DNA of 64,000 bases, taken from IMG/VR virus record IMGVR_UViG_3300022543_000001, positions 26,204 through 90,203 of that record; one strand, written 5' to 3'. Below are positions 32,376 to 42,100 of the stretch, piece by piece. The translations under genes were made by a program, and so were the position numbers. Position 1 is the stretch's first letter. Every line of letters begins with the position of its first letter. Below the pieces are notes generated by a model that was not told the DNA's origin, made no database searches, and worked only from the letters and a program-made list of their open reading frames with translations. The DNA is from a virus. Its lineage: Duplodnaviria > Caudoviricetes.

Positions 32376-35300
32376 TTACACATCTTCAATAATGTAACCA
32401 TCTTCAATGTACTTATCTATTTCTTTTTTAGATAAATTAGTTACCACACCACCTTTTTTATAATCTCCTCTAAACCCTGTATTCCATCTGTTCATTAAAG
32501 ACTTTTTATATGCTTCCATATCTAAATAATCTTCAGCAGACATATTCTTCAAATCATTAAATTTAAAAGTGGGATCAATAATTCCAATTTGATTACCTTT
32601 ACCACCAGCCCATATACGCATATCTAATCCAGAACCTTCAATACCCTTTCTACCTGGATCAGCAAAATAAACCTTATTAGGATCTAAATTATGACGTACT
32701 CTTCCATCTTGATTATATATACGGTTTTTACCAAGTATATACTGCTCAAATAAATCTTGCCAGTTTCCTGAATCAAGATCCATATCTTGTTTTACTTTAA
32801 ACTGATAACGACCATATTGTTGTGGATTAGGAGTACCTGCAAAATATAAACCATCCATTCTAGACATATCTGGTAAACCTGCTCTATAACCATATTGATC
32901 CATAGGAACACTTGTAGCTTGATAAGCAGCTAAAGAAAGAGGATCTTCCATATTAACACCTTTAGCAATCATGTTTTCATATTCACTTAAAGGATTACCA
33001 CTTGCTATTTCATACATATTATATTGACCATGGTTTCCATAATTATCTAATCTATTCCCTATAGGATGAAATTGTCCAGATACTTGTCTAAAACCTGTTC
33101 TATCATAGTCAATTGCACTTTGCATAAATTTCTTCAAACTCTCATCTGACTTAGCAGCTTTTAACATATCTGCTCCCATAGTCTGAGGTCCTGCATAACC
33201 TAATTCTTTTAAACCCTGAATAATATTTCTTCTTTCTGTAAAACCAGGTAAAGTATTTATAATAGGAGTGACTATTTTTGTTGAAGGTTTGATAGTACCA
33301 CTTAAACTTTCTGCAATAACTGGTAAACCAGTTCTAGCTTTAACTAAACCACCATTATCATAACCAAGTAATGGATAACTACCTGTTCCAAGATAACCTT
33401 TGGGATTTTGTTCTAGTATAGAAAACTCTCCTAAACCTAATCTTTTACCTACTTTATTTATAGGATTGGTTATAGATTCATAAATTGGTTTTGCTCCAGT
33501 AATATTTGGATTACCTAGAACAAGACCAGAACCAGGTGTGGCTGCATTGTATACACCTGTAAATCTAGAAGGTATATTACCAACTGCTACAGTACCAGGA
33601 GTACGTAATGAGTTTAATGTTTGTAATGTACCTACAGCAGGTTTTATACCTTTTATAATAGGAGCTGCACCCAATGCTCCTTCAAATGCATTTAAAGCAG
33701 CAGTTCCGTAATTACCTTGTTGAAAATTATCATAGGCATTAGAAATATTTTCTGGAGTTTTTGCTACAAACCCTGCAGTAAACAAAGGACTATTAAATGC
33801 TTGTAATCCTTGTTTCAATCCTTGCTTTAATCCTGGTGCTGAACCTAATGCATTAAAGCCTTTCATGATACCTCTTTTTGTACCTATATCAAATAACTCA
33901 TCTCCTACAGCACTTAAAAATTCTCCTTTGTCATAACCTTTTCTTAAATTGGTTCCAATCTTAAAAGGATTTAAAGCTTGAAGCAAAGTATAATCTCTAA
34001 TTATAGCAAGAGGATTATCATTAGGCATAAGTCCTGCATTCTCATCACCAAATTTTTTTGCAATATCTTTTCTTGTTTCATAACTTTGTGCATTATTTCC
34101 CCACATTTCTTCACGAGGATTCATTGCAAAATATGCAGCATCAAATGGATTAGCTAATACATCTCTTATTTTAGAAGCTGTAGTGTTTTCATTAATACCA
34201 GTTCCTTGTTTTATTGTGTCAGGATTTAGTTCACGCATAAGCATAGCATCCACACTACTGTTTAATATATCATTGTAGGTTTCCTTTTTATTACCAGTTT
34301 TTTGTGTTAGTAATTTTTGCATTGCTTCATCAGGGTTCTCTTGAAATGATTTTAATATTTCAAGTTTACCTTGTTGTGTAGAACCTACTTTATCTAATGC
34401 TTGTTTAAGAACTTGTTTAGTAGCATCTGATCCAAAATTACCAATGTATGCTGCATAAGCATCATTAAAGTCTTTAGCTTTAGCTGTGTTTGCAGCTGCT
34501 AGTGCATTCTTTTGATTTAAAGTTTGGTTTAATGATGCATTGTTTTGTCTAACATTAGCCATAGCATCATCTTTTGCAAAAGTAAGTCCATCATACTGAC
34601 CTGCTTTTCCATACTTATCCATCCAATCTGAATAAGCTTTTTCACCTCTTTCAGTTTTTTGAGATTGATAATTAATAAAGTCTCCTAAGTTATTTGTACC
34701 ACTATGATATCTTTTCTCCCATGCAGCCATTGGATCATCAGATTCTAAAAATATTTTACGATCCTGATCAACCTTAGCTCTATCAGTTCCAGGTAGAGAA
34801 TCCATACTTGAAACAAGACTTGCATATGCATCATCTATTATTTTATTTGTAGGTTTTTCAAATGTAGACTTAAGTCCAGATTGTGTTCCTATTTTAGGAG
34901 AGAGTTCTTTTATAACTTTGTCTACGGGTTTACCTTGCTCAATAGCTTTTGTTAGTATACTTTTAGTTACTTCAGCTTCATAGTTAGCTTTAGCTGCTCC
35001 CATTAAATCTCCAAGTTGTTCTTTAACTTGTTTAGGATCTAAACCCCAGTAGTTTTTAAATTGATCTGCTTGAAAACCATTTGTAATAATTCTATCTTTA
35101 ACTATGTTTAAAGGATATAATTCAACAAAGCCATCTTTCTTATGGACTAGAAAATTTTTCTTAAGTTCCTCTAATGTTTCTGGTGAATACTTAGATTCAG
35201 ATTCCCTTACATAAGGTTCTATTTTATCTTGTTTCTTAGATTTAGCAAATGTATCTAGATATCTAGCACTGTCATCTGCAACCCATCTATTATGTTCTTC

Positions 35301-35615
35301 ATTTGTTTTACTACGTATATCATTTATGTCTTTAACTAAACTTATTTTTCTTGCTAAAGATTTAGCTTCAAAGTCTTCTTGTTCTTTTTTCATCTCTGCT
35401 TTAGAAGCAGCAATATATTCTGATTCAGGTAAACATTGTCCATTAAACTCATACATACCTGGAGGACATCCTTCACCTCTCATATAACCTGGCAATGATT
35501 CATTCCAATATGATGGTTGCTGTACTCCTTGTACTTCTACCATAGGGGTATTATCTGATTTGACAATCTTACCTTTTTTAGCTTGTGGAATACTTGTTAT
35601 TCTGTACTTTGCCAT
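32376..35615 (-). CDS. Internal virion cargo protein (1079 aa), possible C-terminal ART-like module
   Basis: ORF track; shared N- and C-terminal motifs; Gly/Ala-rich hydrophobic middle segment; GLYFAG...QYGRY motif near the C-terminus. Confidence 0.55.
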   Translation of the reverse strand: MAKYRITSIPQAKKGKIVKSDNTPMVEVQGVQQPSYWNESLPGYMRGEGCPPGMYEFNGQCLPESEYIAASKAEMKKEQEDFEAKSLARKISLVKDINDIRSKTNEEHNRWVADDSARYLDTFAKSKKQDKIEPYVRESESKYSPETLEELKKNFLVHKKDGFVELYPLNIVKDRIITNGFQADQFKNYWGLDPKQVKEQLGDLMGAAKANYEAEVTKSILTKAIEQGKPVDKVIKELSPKIGTQSGLKSTFEKPTNKIIDDAYASLVSSMDSLPGTDRAKVDQDRKIFLESDDPMAAWEKRYHSGTNNLGDFINYQSQKTERGEKAYSDWMDKYGKAGQYDGLTFAKDDAMANVRQNNASLNQTLNQKNALAAANTAKAKDFNDAYAAYIGNFGSDATKQVLKQALDKVGSTQQGKLEILKSFQENPDEAMQKLLTQKTGNKKETYNDILNSSVDAMLMRELNPDTIKQGTGINENTTASKIRDVLANPFDAAYFAMNPREEMWGNNAQSYETRKDIAKKFGDENAGLMPNDNPLAIIRDYTLLQALNPFKIGTNLRKGYDKGEFLSAVGDELFDIGTKRGIMKGFNALGSAPGLKQGLKQGLQAFNSPLFTAGFVAKTPENISNAYDNFQQGNYGTAALNAFEGALGAAPIIKGIKPAVGTLQTLNSLRTPGTVAVGNIPSRFTGVYNAATPGSGLVLGNPNITGAKPIYESITNPINKVGKRLGLGEFSILEQNPKGYLGTGSYPLLGYDNGGLVKARTGLPVIAESLSGTIKPSTKIVTPIINTLPGFTERRNIIQGLKELGYAGPQTMGADMLKAAKSDESLKKFMQSAIDYDRTGFRQVSGQFHPIGNRLDNYGNHGQYNMYEIASGNPLSEYENMIAKGVNMEDPLSLAAYQATSVPMDQYGYRAGLPDMSRMDGLYFAGTPNPQQYGRYQFKVKQDMDLDSGNWQDLFEQYILGKNRIYNQDGRVRHNLDPNKVYFADPGRKGIEGSGLDMRIWAGGKGNQIGIIDPTFKFNDLKNMSAEDYLDMEAYKKSLMNRWNTGFRGDYKKGGVVTNLSKKEIDKYIEDGYIIEDV

Positions 35616-35617
35616 TA

Positions 35618-38600
35618 CTATATTTTTTCAAACGTATAACCTAATTTTTGTAACTTCTTCATAGTAGCTTCATCTATCTCATCTCCAAGTTCATAATCAA
35701 TAGAACCTCCTTGTTGAGCATATTGCATATCTTCTTGAGAATCATTTTTTGCAATATAGTTAAATAGATCTTTTAATCCTTGATCATCTTTTACAACTTT
35801 AAAAAGATTGTATAATGCATTATCATAGTTAGGATTATTTCTATCTAAAGCACCACTCTTCTCTGCCTCAGATCTCCAAGCCTTAATATCTTCATCTGTA
35901 ATAACCTGTGTTGGTTGAAGACCTTTGCTTTGTCTTACTTCAAATATTAAAGACTGTATGTTATCTTGACTAGGATCTGTAAGATAATCGTAATCCTCAC
36001 GAGCTTGTCTTTTTTCATCACCTTTTAAATGACCCCAACCTTCTTCAAAAGATTTTAAATTAGGTTGAATAATAATTTGTTCAGCAGGTAATATTTTATC
36101 ACCATATTTATCCCAAAGTCTAGTTCTTTCCTCATGTGCAATAGTTGCATTTAATTCTTTTGGATCGGACTTTAAACTTTCTTTTAGTAATATTTTTGAA
36201 GCTTCACCATCATCATTATAAACCAATTCTCCCATTACACTTGGATCATCAGCAATTATATCTGTGTATTCATATGGTACAGATTGATTTAACTCTTCCA
36301 ATAGTGGAGATTCAGGATTATATGCAGGTAAAAATTGTTTTAATGTACGTTCATATGATTTATTACCTATTTGATCAAAAGGTAATTGTCTATTGCTATA
36401 CCAGTTGCTAAAATAAGAATTTGCATTTATAGGTACTATATTAGGAATATCCTCTACCATAGGTGAATCAGACTCAATTGGTGCAGGTCCTCCATTTCTT
36501 GCTTGGTTTAAAGCACCTCCATATTTTCTTTCAGCATCTATTAACTTTTGTTTATTACCAGTAGTTAAATATTCTTCAAATGATTTTACTATTTTCTTTT
36601 CAGCTTCGTTTTGTTGTTCTTGATTTTTTGAAGCAGCTTTCAAATATGACATTATCAAAGCATCATCAAGATCTTTATATAACTCATGCTGTTTTATTTT
36701 ATTTACATCACTCTCATCAAAAACTGTTATCTCTCTTGGATCAAAAGCACCTGTAAAACCTTTATCTCTTAATGCATCAGCAGCTTGCATTTGACTTGTT
36801 CTAATCAAATCTTCATTACCTGTTGGATTAAAACTAGTTCTTAAAGCTTGTTCATATTCATATGCATTTTGATAATTTCTTGGATCTACACGATTTATTA
36901 AACCTACTTTTTTTATAAAATCATTTGTCAATGGTGCATTATAATTTATAAAGTTTTCAGGATTATTAAATAAAGCTTCTGAAACATATGGTGTAAATGT
37001 CTTAGTTTGAGGCACTAAACCATAACCACCTAAACTACTCACTCTAGCGGCAGATGTAGCAAAGTCAGGATGTGGTGTTAAATACACACCACCTTCTTGA
37101 TTACCCAAACCACTACCTCTAAAAGATCTATCAAAATTTTTAAATGATGTTTTATGTCCAGTTAAACCACCAGTTATTATTGGTTGATTACCATCAAACC
37201 TGATTGGATTGTATCCACTATACTGAGTTAAGAAATCACTCTCTAACATAGGAACTGTTTCCAATAGTTTTTTTGTTTGCTGTAAATCTAACTTAGGCAA
37301 TTCAAACTGAGCACCTGGTATAGCAGCTGGTAGATTAATCTGATTTGATAAACCTTTTAAATAATTATCAGCTACATAGTTTAAAGCAGGTAGATTTTTA
37401 CTTACAGATCCTAAACTTCTAAGTGATTTTATTAAATTAGAATTTACTGCTACACCTAATTCAGGCCCAACTACTTTAGCAACACCACCTAAATTATATC
37501 TTCTAGTAAGTTTATAATTTGGAATTCTTATTTCACCTGTATTACTTCCTGGAATAAGTTCTAAATAAGCTTTATCTGTTAAACCTCTACCTTGTAAATC
37601 TGCATTCAGTCTACTAATCATTTCTTCAGCAGCCTTTGGATTCCATTGTCTTACTGAACGAAATCCTTGTGGTACTCCTTCAATACCATCAAATAATTTA
37701 CTGTGTTCAGCTGTAAAATTTAAAGGGATATGATTTTCAAATTTCATGTCCCAATCTTTTTTATTTGCCATATTTAGTAAAAGATTGTATGAATCTAAAC
37801 TTAAACTATATGGTTCTAATATAGAAGGGTTAGGTAGAGGAAAAGCATCATTAGCTAATTTCATTGCCCTACCTGCTTCTAAAGGACTAGTCATCTTAGT
37901 TGCAAAATGAAAAACATTATCCTCTGTTTTATTATTAGGATAAACAGATAAATAACCACTATCACTAGTTATTGTAAAAGGAAGTTTTAATTGTTTTACA
38001 TCAAAATCAATAGGTAATTTTTTTAAATCTACTATACCACGTTCTATAGGTAATATAGTCATAGCTCCACTAGGAGGTGTTATAAGAGTTCTTGATGCAG
38101 GTCTTGCTCCTGCTTTAACAATTTTACCTAAGTTAGCTTTAGTAAGTTTTGGTACAGATATATCTTCTACTATAAAACCACCTTTAGCATACTCTTGTAT
38201 TTCTTCAGGAGTAAGTTCTGTTTCTATGAATGCTGGTGAAACATTTTTATAATTCTCTGCAAAATACATTGCATCTTCAGGATTATCAAATCTCATTGCT
38301 TCTGCAGATTCAGGACTATAATCTCCTAACATAAGTTGACCATTAACATCTTGAATCTGTGGTACAGCATAGTTATCCATACTAGCCATGTAATGAGTAC
38401 CTGTATTACCGTCTTCAAATTGATATGGTTGATCTGGTGCAACTATCATCCTTTGAGCTGCAGGATTACCATGCATATTAGCATAAGCTAATCTAGCTTT
38501 CATCATAGTATTATTAGCAGCATCAATATCTTCTTGAGATATAATACCACCTTCTTGTGCATGTACTGTTCCTTGACCACCACACTTATGACATGTAGTA

Positions 38601-39154
38601 ACATCATCACCACCATCAGCTGCATCCCATTTCCAACCACACTTCTTACAAGTTACCTTCTTAGTAAGTAAAGCACCACCTTCTTTTTTTTTATTTTGGA
38701 AATTATCTGGAGTTTCTAAAGTAGGGTCGTTGTCTTCGTAATAGTTACCTGCTATTTCTTCTCCTGGTTGAATGTTCTTAAGAGCTCTTAAATATCTTTT
38801 GTTACCTTGAATTATAGAACCAGCATTGAATGCATCATCAGAATGATTGTAATATGTCCCTATGATAGGAGTCTCTTTACTTTTTAGGTATGTTTCACCA
38901 TTCTTTTGGAAAGATGATTTAATATGTGAAAGACCAATTATCTCTCCAGCTCTAATTGGTTCATCAGCAAATAAACCTTTACCTTGTATGTTAGATTTTT
39001 GTACACTAACTTTCTTGTAAGGTTTCTCATTTAAACCACCGTTACTCATCAAAGGGTTTCCACTTGGATCTACCAACATGTCTCTTCTTTTAACAGGTGC
39101 TTTAGCACTACCAAGATTTTTGAGTGAATCAATAAGAACTTTTTTATTATACAT
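35618..39154 (-). CDS. Polyvalent cargo protein (1178 aa): SET domain, CxxC Zn finger, two unknown domains, ART-PolyVal-like domain, degenerate zincin
   Basis: GKGLFADEPIRAGEII...YYNHSDD...RALKNIQPGEEIAGNYY (SET); CKKC...CHKC; GHKTSFKNFD...GSGLG...GGVYLT...LRDKGFTG...EITVFD (ART-like); IAHEERT. Confidence 0.75.
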   Translation of the reverse strand: MYNKKVLIDSLKNLGSAKAPVKRRDMLVDPSGNPLMSNGGLNEKPYKKVSVQKSNIQGKGLFADEPIRAGEIIGLSHIKSSFQKNGETYLKSKETPIIGTYYNHSDDAFNAGSIIQGNKRYLRALKNIQPGEEIAGNYYEDNDPTLETPDNFQNKKKEGGALLTKKVTCKKCGWKWDAADGGDDVTTCHKCGGQGTVHAQEGGIISQEDIDAANNTMMKARLAYANMHGNPAAQRMIVAPDQPYQFEDGNTGTHYMASMDNYAVPQIQDVNGQLMLGDYSPESAEAMRFDNPEDAMYFAENYKNVSPAFIETELTPEEIQEYAKGGFIVEDISVPKLTKANLGKIVKAGARPASRTLITPPSGAMTILPIERGIVDLKKLPIDFDVKQLKLPFTITSDSGYLSVYPNNKTEDNVFHFATKMTSPLEAGRAMKLANDAFPLPNPSILEPYSLSLDSYNLLLNMANKKDWDMKFENHIPLNFTAEHSKLFDGIEGVPQGFRSVRQWNPKAAEEMISRLNADLQGRGLTDKAYLELIPGSNTGEIRIPNYKLTRRYNLGGVAKVVGPELGVAVNSNLIKSLRSLGSVSKNLPALNYVADNYLKGLSNQINLPAAIPGAQFELPKLDLQQTKKLLETVPMLESDFLTQYSGYNPIRFDGNQPIITGGLTGHKTSFKNFDRSFRGSGLGNQEGGVYLTPHPDFATSAARVSSLGGYGLVPQTKTFTPYVSEALFNNPENFINYNAPLTNDFIKKVGLINRVDPRNYQNAYEYEQALRTSFNPTGNEDLIRTSQMQAADALRDKGFTGAFDPREITVFDESDVNKIKQHELYKDLDDALIMSYLKAASKNQEQQNEAEKKIVKSFEEYLTTGNKQKLIDAERKYGGALNQARNGGPAPIESDSPMVEDIPNIVPINANSYFSNWYSNRQLPFDQIGNKSYERTLKQFLPAYNPESPLLEELNQSVPYEYTDIIADDPSVMGELVYNDDGEASKILLKESLKSDPKELNATIAHEERTRLWDKYGDKILPAEQIIIQPNLKSFEEGWGHLKGDEKRQAREDYDYLTDPSQDNIQSLIFEVRQSKGLQPTQVITDEDIKAWRSEAEKSGALDRNNPNYDNALYNLFKVVKDDQGLKDLFNYIAKNDSQEDMQYAQQGGSIDYELGDEIDEATMKKLQKLGYTFEKI

Positions 39155-42100
39155 TACCTAGGAGAAAATTGATTTTTACTATTAGACATTTTAAAAATTA
39201 TATTGACATCATCACCTTGATGTTTTTTCAAATTGATAAAATTCAAATAATGTCTAAACTTCTTTCTTTGCATTTGTGGTTTACTATAATCCAAGTTATT
39301 TGGGTTTAATATTCTAGTAAATCCATCTGGCCCAGTTATCCATGTATTCTCTGAAGAATAAGATCCTTGAAGAACTGTTGTTCCTGGAACTACCGGTCCT
39401 GTTGGTGGATAGTTTGATCCTATAGGAAACTCTGCTCTTTGTTTTGTCACATCCCAGAATTGGTTAAACCTATACTTGTTCTCTTCTTTAGAGAAAAGTA
39501 TATCATACGATGATAGGTTTGCATTTAGTTTTGGATACTGTAATGATTCATTAACATTGTTTTTAGGATAGATGTTAAGGTTAAGGTATCCGGAAACTTG
39601 CTCTGTATTATATACTACAGCTCTATCAAAGTTATAATCTAGTACATGATGTTGATCAACACAACTATCACCACGTCTTCTGTATGCCTCTAGTATATAT
39701 TCAATAGACCTAGTTGTCATTACAGATTGACCAGTTACAACAGGGAATTCAATTTCATAACCATACTGTGTACCATAATAATTACAATAGCCATCACATA
39801 TGTAATTATGTTTCCATAGAGTATTCTTTTTACTACTGATAAAAATATCTTTTGTAGGAATCATTAAATCTGGATGCCATTCATGGAATGATATAAAGAA
39901 TTGATTCTTAGGGTCATAGCTTATTGTCCATGATGCATCATCAAATAAATAAGGATCACCTAAATTAAATCTTAAATTTTGTTGACCGTCTACTATAAAA
40001 TCATCACCTGTACCATCTGGATTAAGATCTCTATACTCTACTCTTCCTTTGAATTGAGGTTTTAGCTGATAATCTTTTTTAGTAAAATATAAGATAGTAC
40101 TTGAACTATCATAAGTAGATTGACAACCAATACCAGCAACAGGATTATCTTGCCATGGATAGTCAGGAAAATCATCTGTTAATTTATAAGGCATATACAA
40201 TACAAACCACCATTTCATTCCAGATTGAGAAATTTCCTGCAGTCCTTGACCATAAGAAAAAATTCTGCCCTGATTCTGAGACATGTAGAATAACCCTACA
40301 GGAGTAGAAATTACTGATAGTCTATTCTGAGAAGAACCATATTCATATGCATTATCTGCATTAGTTACAGATTGCTGTGGTTGACTAAATAAAAGTCCAT
40401 CACCAATAGTAAGCTTAGTACCTAAATCAGTTTCTAATGTATCAGTACCTTGGAACATCAATGGGCTTTCATTTTTGAATGTAATGAATATACCACTTTT
40501 GTTTACTGATTTAACACCTGATATCTGACCTGTAAATTCTTTATAGTTATTTACTAAGTAAACAAACCAACTATCTTTAATTGCTTCCATTTGTTGAGGC
40601 AATGAGTAGATGATTCTATCTGGATAATATGTATAACATAACTTAGCTACATTAGGATCATAGTATCTACTTTGCACACTTCCAGCAGAAAAATATTGGT
40701 TATAAAGTTTTGATACACTTAATGAGTAATCATAGATATACTCACTAAGCATTCCCATAACATTAGGATTCATATTAAACATTGCTCTGTAATCAGTATA
40801 TCTATACGGATCATAGTGTTTACCTCCTTCTATTGGACTTTGTTTTCTAAAGTCAACAATAACTTCAGACTCTACAAAAAAGTCTCTAATACCTGAATTA
40901 GCTAAATAAAAATATGCTTCCTTTACAGACCATAATCCTCTATATCTATCACCTAATAATCCACTTGGTTCTGATACGTCAGTTGCATAATTATATCTTC
41001 TAGTAGCATTTACATAATAATCAAGATTGTAAAAAGAACCTGGATATGCACCAGTACCTGGTGTAGCTGGTGAAGAAAAGTTAAATACTTCTGATAAAAA
41101 ACCAACATCATATCTGATACTATTTACTTTAAACCTTGTTAAAGGAATCATACTGTGTAAATAGTAGTTATACTCAAAACCATCTGGTTGACCATATAAC
41201 CAATCATAGAAAAACATCATATTATTTTTCTCAGTGTACCTGTTTATATAAGTATCACCACCAAATAATATAGGTGTTCTACTAATAACTTTAAAGTTAT
41301 AGAAAACATTATCAATTGGACATGTCCAACTTGGTTGAGCTATAGTATAATTTTTTAATTTTTGCTCACATGGTGTAATTGTAATTTCATTTTCACTACC
41401 AATTTGACCATACTGATTTCTAACTCTACCTTTTAATCCTCCATAATGACTAGCAATTGGTAAACTAAAAGGTTTTGTTTTTGAATCCTCCTCAAAATTA
41501 GGAAGGTTATTATTTATAAATGCAGAGTTAGTACTGTTTTGAACAATAGTTCCTAATGTAACTAATGACTTATCTGTTATACCTGATGTAATTAAATTTG
41601 GACCAATAGTTACACCGTTAGGATATACTCCGTTAAAGTAAGGACCTGATTTAGTTCTTACTACAACAGCATCAGATCTTTTTAAGTTGTTTATATTGTA
41701 ACTAATAAATGTCCCTGTGTTAGTTTGATACTTAGGAACCTCTTGTACATTGTCTCTAATATAAAAACTATCTTCTATTCTAAATCTACTTAATGCTGTA
41801 GTAGGTAAACTTGTCATGTTACCATAAAAACCATGACTTACTTGTTGTAATGCATATTGTTCGTATTGAACAAAAGCATAAAATGTTCTTAATACTAAGT
41901 CAGCACCCTCTGCAAAATAAAATGATATAGCATTTAATGCACCTAAAATTCTTGAAGCAGGATCTAAATAAGCAAACTTAGGTAATTCAAGACTACCAGA
42001 AACAGCCATTGGTGATACACCAGCATTATTAGCTGCACCATTAACTGTTGACACAAAAAGACTTTCTGCATTAGCAGCAGCAGTATTATCATAACCAGCA

